A DNA stretch of 61,858 nt, counting the filler, from Asterionella formosa (taxonomy: Eukaryota): NCBI GenBank assembly GCA_002256025.1. It is 14 parts of 14 records of this genome, joined end to end, with 100 filler letters (N's around TTAATTAATTAA, not from the genome) between each part and the next. Parts side by side here need not be neighbours in the genome. Positions count along the whole stretch, not along the records: positions 8,878 to 13,214 come from NKIB01013587.1; positions 13,315 to 17,651 come from NKIB01013588.1; positions 17,752 to 22,088 come from NKIB01013589.1; positions 22,189 to 26,524 come from NKIB01013591.1; 10 more parts are not named here. The stretch is one strand, 5' to 3'. This document shows positions 10,561-22,639 of this stretch, one piece after another. Under the pieces are notes generated by a model. It ran no database searches, was not told the DNA's origin, and was given only the letters and a program-made list of their open reading frames with translations. Made by a program: the position numbers and the translations under genes. The number at the start of each line of letters is the position of its first letter. Position 1 is the first letter of the stretch.

Positions 10561-12013
10561 TTATGAGGATTTGGCTTCTTCGAAGGCCCACTTCAGCCAT
10601 GGCATGAGTGCCTCCAAATCAGCCTTCTCAACAGTAGATCCACACCAGATTCGAATTGAAGGGGGTGCATCACGATAGCCACCAATATCGTAAGCAACAT
10701 CCTGTTCGTCCAGTAGGGAGACAAACTTCTTGATTTGGTCCGCTGTCAAGTCCAGAGTTAGGCAAACAGAAGTGGAGGATCTTGTTTTGGGATCCTTGGC
10801 CAAAAACTGAATCCAATCGTTCTCAGCGACAAACTTCTCTAGAACTCCGAGGTTATCCTCGCTCAGCTTGATGAGCGATTCAAGGCCTCCGATATCTTTG
10901 GCCCACTGAAGGGCATCGATGTAATCTTCAACAGCTAGCATGGAAGGTGTGTTGATAGTCTGTCCCTTAAATATGCCTACGTCGAGTTTGCCCTTGGTTA
11001 CCATACGAAAGATTTTGGGAAGTGGACGTTCCTTGGGAACATACGACTCTAATCTCTCGACAGCACGGGGACTCAGGATCAAAACACCGTGAGCACCCTC
11101 ACCGCCCAATACCTTCTGCCAGGAATATGTAGTGACATCAAGCTTGGACCACGGCATCCTCATGGCAAAACAAGCAGATGTGGCATCGCAAAAAGTCAGG
11201 CCAGTTCGGCTGTCCGAGATAAATTCAGCACCATCTGGTACACGCACGCCCGAAGTCGTACCGTTGAAAGTAAAGCAGATATCGTGATCCGGATTTGTCT
11301 TGGAAAGGTCGGGAAGTTCACCATATCCTGAAGTAAACTCAGTGACTTCAACAATGTCACGAAGCTTTAAATGCGAGACAGCGTCTCCGAACCAACCCTT
11401 TCCGAAGGACTCCCAATGGCAGATATCGACGTTGCGAGCACCCAACATGTTCCACATGGCCATTTCGTAAGCACCAGTGTCAGACGCTGGGACGATACCG
11501 ATCAGGTAGTCGTCTGGAACACCGAGAATAGCCTTGGTTTCAGATATGGCCAAGCCGAGACGTTTCATTCCAATCTTGGATCGGTGAGAACGACCAAGTG
11601 TACCATTAAAAAGGGTGCTGATGTCGTAACCAGGACGCTTTTTGCAAGGTCCGGAGGAAAACTGAGGGTTCGTTGGCTGGTAAAGCGAAGATATATATCC
11701 GTTAGAAACGCCAACAATCGAGGTGAAGAAAAATGAAACTTTCTGTGGTCATCATCAAACTCCAGTCCCCTTGCCAAGTCAGAAACAATACACTGAACCA
11801 ATGATTTTACGAAAGATTTGATCGTAGGTGATGCTTGTTTCCAGGCTCGCTAAAAGATGCGAATCTCTGCAATTGATTCCAACTTACCTTGATGGTAGGC
11901 ACAGCTGTGCTCATCATGCGCAAGCATGTTTGACCCGTAGCATAACGAAACGTAGGCGCACTTCTTGCAAACGCAAGGGCCCTGGCGGCGTGAACAGGAG
12001 CGAATCGCATCAT
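10561..12013 (-). CDS. serC: Phosphoserine aminotransferase (Methanosarcina/alphaproteobacterial SerC type), mitochondrial presequence; 2 exons (12013-11888, 11676-10561)
   Basis: Motifs FSSGPCKKRPG, GRSHRS, ASDTGAYEMAMW, FTFNGTTSGV, SWQKVLGGEGAHG (PLP Lys), TINTPSML and YDIGGYRDAP. A GTAAG...CAG intron at 11887-11677 joins in frame to an Arg/Ala-rich, acid-free leader MMRFAPVHAARALAFARSAPTFRYATGQTCLRMMST. Confidence 0.93.
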
Positions 12014-13314
12014 CGTTAGTACTTTGTTTGATTGTGATGGCTCCTTGCAATAATATGAGACCGCTTGTGATGGTGCATGGGCGAAAAATGATGGTTGATG
12101 GACTGTCTTTTGGCAGTCCATCACTGGAACCAGAATTGCAGTTCTCCATCAACCAATACAACCTCTTTTTGGCATTCCGTCGACCTGCACGTGCTTGTGT
12201 AATTTCATTGCTCCCCGAGGGCTAAAGGGAATCGGTAAAATACAAACAGAGAATCGAAGCAAATGCAACGTACCAAATTCTTCACTTCTGCCTGGAAGAT
12301 ATAAAAAATATTCTACGCACATTATACCAAATTGTACTACCAGTAAGCATCTGCTCGCTCGCCCCCCCTGCGACGATTCGCACCTCAATCCCGGGTCGGG
12401 GATGATGACGCAACTCTTTCTCGAACGTGCTCCTGCTCAGCACTTCATCATATCGTCAAGCAGCCGTGGTGACGTCAACTAGCTCCCAGTAAATCACTTG
12501 TCCGTTGGGAAGAATGTAATGGCTGAAGTGTCCAGGCTTACCACCACAAAACTATCGTAGGTGGGTACTGGTAGTATACTCCCTGTGCTGGGCGAAAACA
12601 ATGATTGCGTCAATCCTTAAAATTTCTCTGGGTTCATTTGGAGTCCTATGATTTTCTCATAGTCAATTTCCCTATTACTAAGGAAAACACGCCATCCAAA
12701 ACATTGTCAATCCTCGCGTATCACAGGATGCAATTTCTGGTGTCAGCCACCAGGTAGACCCCATAATCCTAGAATTAGCAAAACCCCTCCTGCTGACCCT
12801 ATTGTATATAATATTTTGTGCCTCATTTGGCTTGTTAAAATCACATTGACCAGGTTGGTAATATTCTGTGGCTCTACTCAGCAACAGGACAACCTCCCAA
12901 GCCACCATTTGAAATAGAAATATGGTATGTACTATCTCTGCCATGAGCAGCATTGCTTACCATCAACACATCAAGCAGTGCAGGAGGACATAGTGATTTG
13001 GTTTATCTATGAACTATTTTGTGTTGAACATTGCAGATCCATGCCTAGATGACCAATGGTTTCACATTGACAAGCAAGCTTGTTGAGCTTGATCGTGCAG
13101 TGAAGGAGGGGACGAGGGAGATTGACAAGGTCGATGAACAAGGAGACAAGGGAGGAGGGGAGTCCGATAACTAACCTGACAAGCTCAAAAGGAGATTGGA
13201 AGGTGTGTTTGTTANNNNNNNNNNNNNNNNNNNNNNNNNNNNNNNNNNNNNNNNNNNNTTAATTAATTAANNNNNNNNNNNNNNNNNNNNNNNNNNNNNN
13301 NNNNNNNNNNNNNN

Positions 13315-14030
13315 GCATTCACTTTCTCAGCTGTAAACCCGTGTCTCCACCTAGCCTCACTACATCCATCCCTCCTCTTAACGGTGCTATTTACGTCCAC
13401 TGTCAAATTCTTAAGGAGGTTGTATCAAGTGCTGCTGAGGCCGAATTAGCTGCTTTATTCCACAATGGCAAAGAGGCATATGCTATTCGCACCATTCTTG
13501 CTGAGCTTGGTCATCCCCAACCTTCTACCCGTATTGTCACCGATAATAGCACTGCCAGTGGCATCGCCAATGATACTGTCCGACAAAAACGTTCCAAAGC
13601 TATGGATATGCGGTATTACTGGGTACGCGATCGGGTTCGCCAAGGCCAATTTCTTGTATACTGGAAAAAAGGTAGTTTGAATCGTGCTGATTATTTCACT
13701 AAACATCATCCCGCTTCCCATCATATGTTGATGCGCCCGCACTATCTCCATTGCCCTCCATCCCTCCCTAGTCCTCCTAACTATTATGCGTGCTTGGCTT
13801 CCGATGCTGATAGCATCTCCATCCCCGCTCCTGTTCTTCTGCCTGCATCTGTTGGTGAGGGTGTGTTAATATCTGCATATGATGCTCCATACATGCGCCG
13901 TACGAACCATACCGGCGCAGCCACCAGATTAGGTACATGCGTGAGTGCTGACAACGATGTACTTGGAACAGCAATAGAATAGTCATAATATTGTAGTTCA
14001 CCTTTATTCACGATAAGGTTCCCCTCAACA
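13315..14030 (+). mobile_element. Ty1/copia (CoDi-like) LTR retrotransposon 3' end: RNase H, polypurine tract and 3' LTR
   Basis: SSAAEAELAALF...TDNSTA.GIAN...KRSKAMDMRYYWVRDR...NRADYFTKHH is a copia RNase H. Purine-rich GGTGAGGGTG precedes TGTT at 13864. Confidence 0.9.
13864..14030 (+). repeat. Putative 3' LTR (TGTT...AACA, 167 bp)
   Basis: Starts TGTTAAT right after the polypurine tract and ends CCTCAACA, giving inverted 4-bp termini. The second LTR is not in the scaffold. Confidence 0.6.
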
Positions 14031-14439
14031 ATAAGTACATATATACAGAACATCTACATTACATACACTGTACGTAGTCTACAACGAAAACCTGGTCCAC
14101 AGGCACACCTACCTGCAAGGAGTAGCGATAATGTGGCAGAAAGGTTCATACTTTTATGACTGCCGCAACTTGCTTGTACCAGGGACACAAGGGTACCAGG
14201 GTACCACCCCTAAATACCGGTACCTGGTACCGGTAGTCTGGCTGACGGAGCGATTTATCCAATCATGCGTGACTCGAAGATTTGCTTTACACAACCGGTA
14301 CATGAGTTGCTGTTCGTCGTACCCTGGTACGCGCTTTGGTACCAGTATCATGCAAGCAAGTTGCGGTAATTTTGCTACTAGCTACCAGCGGTTTATCGCT
14401 CTAATTCCACCTGAGACTTCTCATCGGCAAAAATCATGC

Positions 14440-15964
14440 TGATTCCTGCATTTCAACCCTAAAATTGATTCAGACTAATCAAACACATACTTTTCACGTC
14501 TAAAATAAATATCGGTATGTATATAAATCGAAGTAAGGATATAGGATCTGGCCAGAAACTGCAGAAAGGAACTTCGTTTTTTTAAATCATGCTGCTGGTA
14601 AAAAAGGATTTTACCAGGCCAACTTGATTATTAGGCCTAGTAAAAAAACCGAAGTTCCTTTCTGCAGTTTCTCGCTGAAAGTTAGCTTCTGGGGCTAGTA
14701 TATGAAGATTACCTATGTACTTGACTCTTCTTCAAACCCTGCCATCATAGAGCTATCGCCCTCCAAAAATTCCACAAATCGGCCCAGTGGTCTCCAAAAT
14801 GTTGGAAACAGAATCACAAATTGCCAAAACGTCATCATTGGAATGGTAGTCTTGTGATAAATTTTTTAGTCGTTAAATCTCCTGTACAAAAGATTCCATT
14901 GTAAGTGCCTGCTTCCACATATATAATATAATTGGGCAACATGAATTACTTACCTCCATTTTCTTGGCCCAGTGTGTGCGGTTGTAAAAACTAGCGCTGG
15001 CCACAATGGATACACATGTAACATTTTTTGGGGTGTTTGCAGGTTCTGTATCCACTACCAGTAACTGATTATCATTGATCATACAACAAAATTTTTGCCA
15101 CGTCACTTCTAAATTTTTTTAAATGAGACATATATAGGTAGATTGAAGTAGAATTTCTATTGAAATGAATGAAAATAGGAAAGAAAACTATTCACTACTA
15201 GACTTAAAACGTTTTTGAGGAAGGTTCGAAACCAGTGTACACTTCGTTGGGGTCCTTGTTTTTCACAAGGGATCGAACCCCCTTCAAACAACTGTCTGGA
15301 AGTTGCTTCCAAATACCTTTTCCCTATAGTCCACAGAAAACTCTGATCAAAAACTTGTACTGAAGGTTGTGGGCTCTTGATGGCGTGATATCTTCAGCCT
15401 TAATTTTTGTGAGAATGTAATCACCTTCCAAATACTTCTCCACCAACTCTTCAACTTCATCCCATCAACACTGGCATTCAGGGCAACAAAAATCACAACA
15501 TTCACAGAAGATGCAATCATCGCATCCCTGAACTTCCGACTCTACAATCAACCGGTCTTGGCATAGTGGACAGCTATCATGACTGCAGTTGAATTCAATG
15601 ACGCCATTGTTCTTGTCCAAATGGTGAGTATTTTCACTCATGGTGGATTGTTGCGTTTGTTTGTTTCTAACTGGTACATAATCATCAACAATATTTGCCA
15701 TCCTGCCAGCTCGAATGAAACATGTTTGTTGATCCTATTGTAGGGCGGTATATATACATCGAGTGATGTAAACTGAATATATATATTTAGCGATTTCGAA
15801 AAGGAATCTATCTAAATACGAGCAAATTTCCACTGATTTAAATATATCAAATGAAATCATGTCATCCAAAATTATTTCATAGAAATTAGTAGTTCCAGGG
15901 AATTTCGATAACCCTAAGCTAATCTTAAAAATTTTGCTGAAGGGTTGAAATGCAGCAACCTTAA
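14440..15964. mobile_element. Non-autonomous TTAA-ended (Kolobok-like) DNA element
   Basis: Left part TGCATTTCAACCCT is inverted relative to the right end AGGGTTGAAATGCAGCAACC|TTAA. Internal segments recur at 23140-23800 and 54476-54817. Confidence 0.6.
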
Positions 15965-16300
15965 TATTGATTCCCCTGTACTTAAGTATATATAGAACAT
16001 CTTTTTATGACATAGCCTCCAACTGAAACGTGGTGCATGGGCACCTGGAATGTCCGATTGCGCACTTTGATGCGCACCTTTTCAGTTTCGACGCACTCTC
16101 AATGGATTGTCTCATGCCTGCTGGACGAGATAGACTGGCTTTTTATTCCAAACTCTATTAACGAACTTTCTTGATTTTTAAATTATCATTCATTGAATCC
16201 AAGTCGTGTTCTGATCATCAAAATCGTGTTCACCTACTGGTAATGGTATTCATCAACTGGATGTTGGTTTGCTAATGGAATTCACCAATCAGTAACTTGT

Positions 16301-16500
16301 TCTGGTCCTAGTCAGAATTTTCTAGTCGTAGTCAGCAGTTTCTAGTTGTAGTCAGCAAATTATAGTCGTAGTCAGCAAAGTCTCGTTGTAGTCTAATTGT
16401 TGTTAGAATTTCTAGTCTTTGTCAGCATATTCAAATTGCTGTCAGCAAGTTTCTTGTCGTAGGCAGTAAGCAAGTTCTAGACGAGGTCAGCATATTCTAG
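16301..16500. repeat. Degenerate minisatellite, about 20-bp unit (TTCTAGTCGTAGTCAGCAAA-like)
   Basis: About 8-9 imperfect copies of (T)CTAGTYGTAGTCAGCA. Confidence 0.75.
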
Positions 16501-17181
16501 CCAGTGCCAACTGTGGTTATACTACCACAAAAACAAAAATCAAGAGTCCTCATAATGCACTCCTATCAACCTGATAGATTTGGCACACTCTAAACCATGA
16601 CAGATACTTCTTCCCATGATAATAGGCATTGCTGAACTATTTGGCATGATGACTTTGTTTGGATCATTGAGAGTTCCGTTGGGAGACACAGTTGACCTTT
16701 TCATACCTGATGCTTTCTTACTTGCTAGTGGTTGGATGTCCGTGTTTTAATTCAATGTGAGAGATATCCATTGATTGCCTGAGTTTACCTGTTGTACTGA
16801 AGGACTCAGGAGATGCTGTCGTTGCCTGACAGGATGGTGGTTAAGAGCAAGTATTCATTGTCAAAATCTATCAAAGTTGTAATGTTTTCAGTTGTAGTAT
16901 TCTTTAAGGCCAAAAAATCGTGTCATATTTAAATGTCAGATACCATAAGCAATTCACATCAGAAATTGCTTTTCACACACCAAAAAATGAAGCAAAATCG
17001 CGATCATCTCATTAGCAGCAATAAAACCTACAGCAAGAAAACAGCCTCAACCACCAAAAAAGTACAAGAAGAAACCTAATTCTTTGAAAAAGACTATAAT
17101 TTTGCCTTGTTGCAAAGTGCTGCATGGTGCAATATCTATTATTGTTGAGTCTAAGGTGGCTACATTGACTTGGCTAGCAAA

Positions 17182-17520
17182 CGTCTGTAAATAGAAAATA
17201 TCATGAAAATATGATCAAGGGTATCGTACACTAAGTGGCACAGGATTTTCACATATATGATAGTTTTTCGATCAAAAATATGATCAATGTATCATATAAT
17301 TATGATCATGCAGTAAACTTTTACCGAGCTTGAAGTATGATGAGACTATCATAGTTATAATACCATTGCATCATATAATTAGTTAAACATGGTCATATGA
17401 TGTGTATACTTTTGTCATACATCTATCTTAGCATGATTGTAATTCTCATCGATATCACTGTCTAAAATAGGATGAAATTGATCGAAATTTAGAACTATAT
17501 TTAAGAATGGTTTTATGTTT
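17182..17520 (+). mobile_element. End fragment of dispersed DNA element family with CGTCTGCAAATAAAAA termini
   Basis: CGTCTGTAAATAGAAAATATCAT...GATCAAGGGTATCGTACACTAAGTGGCACAGGATTTTC matches 46670-46740 and the reverse complement of 28620-28693. Confidence 0.7.
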
Positions 17521-17751
17521 CTATATCTTGAGTGGCTACAGAATGTTCTACAATGCTCTCATCGCAATGATTGGTGCTTCAGCTTTCACTTTCACTTCCA
17601 CATTCCCCCCAATCCAATTCTGAAGGTTGTTGTACTGGTTGCCTTGCCGTTNNNNNNNNNNNNNNNNNNNNNNNNNNNNNNNNNNNNNNNNNNNNTTAAT
17701 TAATTAANNNNNNNNNNNNNNNNNNNNNNNNNNNNNNNNNNNNNNNNNNNN

Positions 17752-20700
17752 CTGCTGCTGCAGCGACTTCGCCATCGGGGAATGAAGACAGGATTGGTAT
17801 GGAAGGCGTCTCATCGTTTGTTTCCTCTACTATTTCCTTCTTCCGAGTGTCGTCAACAACTTTCGAGTTAGATTTCAAGGCAGCTGCTGGCGCTGCCGCG
17901 GAAGCGATTTCGCCATCGAGGAATGAATACTGGATTGGTATTGAAGGCGCCAGATCATTTGTTTCTTCTACTATTTCCTCCTTCCGACTCTCGTCAATAA
18001 CCTTCGTGTTCGATCTCAAAGCAGCTGCTTGGGCTGCGGCTGCAGCGATTCCGCCACCGGCGAATGGAGACAGGATTGGTATTGAAGGCGCCTCATCATT
18101 TCTTTCATCTACTTTTTCCTCACTAGATTTCTTCATTGAGCGCAATGCGGCTGCCTGAGCAGCAGCGGCGGCGATCCCACCACCTGCAAAAGGAGAAATT
18201 GTTGGTCTCGAAGGCGTTTGGTCAATGTCCTTGTCTTTCTGTTCCTGTACATCACCGACAACCTTCGTCTTTGATCTCAAAGCAGCTGCTTGGGCTGCGG
18301 CTGCAGCGATTGCGCTACCGGCGAATGGCGACAGGATTGGTATTGAAGGCGTCTCATCATTTGTTTCATCTACTTTTTCCTCACTAGATTTCCTTGTCGA
18401 CCCTTCTAAGGTATTGCTTTCATTTTTTGCAGTAGTTGATTTCTTTGATTTGTAGCGGGGGGCTGAAGAAATTGCATTACTTGGATATATGCTCTTTTCC
18501 AAAGTGTCAGTACCATTGGCAAGAACGAGCGTCGATTGGTCTAAAAAAATGTGTTCATCGGTGAGCCATTGTTTCCAAAACTGACAAAGATAATGAATGC
18601 ATGTTAATGACGCAAGCTGACGAGAATCTGAAACCGCATCCGTCAATGCTATGCGAATCATTGCCGACAAAAAGTCATCACTGGAGAATCTGTGTTGTAA
18701 AGTGTATTCAATGCGACTCAAGGAGCTGCATGTCGTCGCAGTGTCGCGATTACTCGTGTTGGTCTGAGTTCCAAATTCCTTGCTATTTTTTTCTAGGTCC
18801 TGTTTACTGGCAGCTGACTCGGTGACTCTGTCGTCAACAAGTGAACACATGATATTTTGATCACTTGACTGTGGCTCATGTTGTTCTTCATGGTTACGAT
18901 CGACTGCGGCGGCAGTGGTAGATGCTGACGCGGGAAAACCGCCTCCGACAAAATTAGTAGGAAATATCTTGCCCAGTTCACTCTCACTCGCTATCTCTCG
19001 TTGACTCTTAGGTACGCCTTTAAGAGCTACAGCGTAAATGGTTTGTTTTTCCTCGTCTACATTTTCTGTAGTCTCACTTCCGGTTTGACTCTCCTCGAGA
19101 AGGTGGGGGAGCGATAAATCATTATGTATTAAGTGAAAGGGAGATTGGTCGTTCATGGATAGTTCTGATATATTTGATTTGGATCTTTCTATCCTCCTCG
19201 TAGCCTTTGTATGTCGTGATTCAGATAATTGACAGATACTTTCTTCGTCAAGAGAAGGGTCTGATAGGGCAAATTGTCCAGCATTCGTTTCGATTCTACG
19301 TGTTCGAATTCTGTTTCCCTCAGGAGAGCAATCGCAAACGGAATCTGAAGAACCTGACCCAATCTGGATCGATCTAGCTCTCGCCTCCCTTCGTGGAGTC
19401 TCTGCCATTTCTGGTGTGGGTGATTTTGAAACATTGTCGATGAAATTGTCATAGGAAAGCGACCTGAACTTGGGGGATGATGATGTTGATTCTTCGCTTT
19501 TTAACAAACATCTTGCCTTGCCATTTATACCAGGAATGAAATAAGCAAGACGTCCTGGTTCAGAATCGCTTTTCTCGTTTTCTGGGATTGATTGCTCTGA
19601 GATTATTTCAGACGGGTTCTCATCAAGAAAAAGTGCTGGGATCACCCCACTCGGGTCATCAGTATCACCTAAAGTAATATATTTTTCAGTACTGGCATTA
19701 TTTGGCGTTTCTGGCTCATCGGAATTACTCGTTGTTGCGTTTGCAGCAGCAGTACCTTCCCTTAACCCTTCTCCAGTGACAGATCTTGGCATTTCGCTCA
19801 GTATGGCTTCCTTGGTTGTTGTCTTACGTTTGTCGTGTCGCTTCTCTCGCACGTTCAAGTGTTTCTGGGTTCTAGTAGTGACAATTTCGGCACCCATAGT
19901 AGCTATTCCTTCGTCTGTAAAAGGTGAAATACTTCCAACTTTGCTGGTCTTATTTTCATGACTGCGATAGTCCGTGGTCACCGAATTGGTGTAACCTTCC
20001 TGTTTTGAAGTCGCAGGAGCGACACTTTCAACTGTTTTGCTCGATGTTCGGCTCCTCTCGTCGTGTTCCATGGCATCTGCAAAGGCCTGGGCCTCGGCCA
20101 CAACTTCTTCCTGGCTTTCTGCAACTGATTCAAAATCACGTGTGAATGTTTCTACGAGATGAAACATGGAAGGATATTTCGGATTCGCAGCTGAGACAAA
20201 TTTTGAATCAAGGAGCTCACGATGCAAGTGATACCCCTCAGTTCCGAGGATTTGGAAGACTGGGAGTAACTGAAGCTGAATTTCTGACACACGAGATATT
20301 ATGGCGTGAGCCTACGTAAACGACACAACTGCATTTTACACCTTTGTAAACGTACCTGCAAGAAACCCATCGAATGTGCGTACGTTTAGGAGGACATGTC
20401 TATATCCTGTTGGTAGCTGACTAATCTCGAACTTTTCAGAAGGTTGAACAAAGAAAAGATTCTTCATGCGAACTATTTCAAAGCTGAAGTCATCGCTATC
20501 CCGTGAATCTGGTGGTGTCCCAGTTCTGTCCACGCCGGCCAACTGATTAAGATAAACAATTGCACAAATTAAAAATCTCTCATCTGGAAATATAAGCTGA
20601 GATCGCAGTATATCCTTGACTTGAGTCACATCACCACCATACTTTCGAACTGCTTTCTTTTGTATAGCTTCGGCAGACTTGATATCGACAGAAAATGACA

Positions 20701-22088
20701 CGTTGAATTCATTTTGAACGAGTGTCGGGTGATAATTTTGCGTTGCGAATTGTGATAATTGCTCTATCAAAGAATAAAACTTTCCACGTTTGCTTCTCGC
20801 AATTGCTACCAAGCCATCAATTGACATATCGCTCCCTGTGTTGTGCACGAGATAATCACGTTGGGCGTTGTCAATATTAACGTTTGTAGCCAAAGTTGTT
20901 AAATAATTTGTCAGGAAAGGTACATCGGCGTTGCAGATGGGACTTAAGCCACTCAGATTATTTGTCGACCTCAAAAATCCTAATGTACCATGCAAAATGC
21001 TATCGTGACGACAATTGAAATTTGCTAGAGGCGAGTGTGACGAAGAAGTTGAAAACAACGAGGAACCATGCGTTGAGTCGTTGTCGGAGCTTCGTTTTTC
21101 GATGAAGTGCAATGAACATGGTCGTCGCACCATAGTCTGCATGATGGCTTCATGTTTCCAACGAGCCAAAAGTTGGCGCCAGCGCAAATTCGCAATTATT
21201 GACAGGTGCTTCGGGAGTTCAAATGACGGAAATTCAGCACCGAAATCGCTCACGGAAGAAAGTGCCAACAGTTCTTCGCTTAGACCTTCGACATCGTGGA
21301 CTGGAAGAGGGAGTGCGCCTAGGTCGTCATTATATTCTGTATCATGAGGTGAACCTGCAATTAAATTCTGTTCGACAATGCCTTCTCTCTCTACTCCATT
21401 CATGATAACATCAGTATCACATGTCGACGCGCGCCTGATTTTTACGGTTGGATTATTTGAATCCATCAGTGCTCCTAGACTTAACTTTGCTCGCCATAGC
21501 CCTTTGTGACGCTTTTTCTTTGGTTTCTTTACTGGTGTCTTGCCAGGATCGGAGCAAAAACTACCGGTACTGCTGGGATGAAAACTGATAGCTGGTCTTA
21601 GCTTTTTAGCAAGGCCATCAGTTGACCTCGGAATCGATGCAAAATCAGAATTTGAAGATATGGAACCTTCATCCTTCGCAAAAATAGATAGATTGAGGTC
21701 AAGTGATGGTTTGGCATCCAAGATAATTTTGTGCTTGAAATGCTTGCCAGATAATTCTTCCACACTGACTGTAGCTGAAATTACGGTAGGTTCGTCGGTG
21801 TTTTGACACGAGCTTTCTGGAGGGATCAAATCCCATAAATCAATTATTGCTGTGCCTGGGGTGGTCAATGTGTGATCTTCGAAGGACTTGACGTTTTCTG
21901 ACAAAGGTGATCCAGGCGGTGACATGGAACGAGATCCGCTTCGTCGTTCATCGTCAAATACACTCTCTGGAACAATCGAGGCAGCTTGTATCCAATCTTG
22001 CATGTGGGGCGTGACACTTCCAGATCGACTGGCCAGTCTACTAGATTTCCTATTTCTTCCTCTTCCTTTCCAAAGAGAAGTAACAGTG
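17752..22088 (-). CDS. Large (>1400 aa, open at both scaffold ends) mostly disordered protein with a RelA/SpoT-like nucleotidyltransferase domain and C-terminal Ala-rich repeats; intron 20355-20284
   Basis: ORFs 20336-22003 and 17696-20290 join through a 72-bp GTACG...CAG intron, giving FLA-E-IQLQL. Motifs DIKSAEAIQKKAVRKYGGD...KDILRS...RMKNLF...TGYRHVLLNV...EIQ follow the order of RelA/SpoT synthetase motifs. Confidence 0.8.
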
Positions 22089-22188
22089 NNNNNNNNNNNN
22101 NNNNNNNNNNNNNNNNNNNNNNNNNNNNNNNNTTAATTAATTAANNNNNNNNNNNNNNNNNNNNNNNNNNNNNNNNNNNNNNNNNNNN

Positions 22189-22463
22189 TTTGTCGTTGTT
22201 GCAAGAATCAGAGTGAGGACTGGAGAGGATGATGAGCCAAACCACATTACTTTCACTGGTACATTCTCCTACCAAGAAATTTAAATAAAGGAACCTAAAA
22301 GAAACAATACATATAATAATTAAATTTCCATAGTCAAAAGGGTTACTATTTAAATTACGAGGGCATTTATCACAATTATTAGATGATATAACGAAAAATT
22401 ATGATCAGATGATCATAATCCTACGATGCATCATGGAAATATGATGTTTTTAATTTGCAGACG
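22189..22463 (-). mobile_element. Other-end fragment of the CGTCTGCAAA-terminus element family
   Basis: Reverse complement of 47558-47830; ends ...TTTTAATTTGCAGACG. Confidence 0.7.
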
Positions 22464-22639
22464 TTACAAAGTCACTAATAGTGTGTTTACAATATTTGTC
22501 GACAAACGTATTAACTCAACTTTTGCAAAACACTTTTTCTTGCAGCAATGTCAAGAATGAAGGGTAATCGATGACTCGATTCGATCATTGTTGGAAAGCC
22601 ATATGAATCGGATGTGGTAGATGGGCATGTTGTTGGAAG

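Noticed and set aside
15465..15701. 78-aa Cys-rich metallothionein-like ORF
   Set aside because: It lies inside a non-autonomous repeat with no support for expression; possible transposon accessory fragment, too weak to call.
16301..16500. Short repeats (also 56625-56750) as a possible CRISPR array
   Set aside because: Units are directly adjacent with no unique spacers, there are no cas genes, and the context is eukaryotic.
17182..22463. Inward-facing element ends that seem to bracket the RelA/SpoT-like gene (Pack-type capture)
   Set aside because: The two ends and the gene are on three different scaffolds joined only by length sorting, and there is no TSD.
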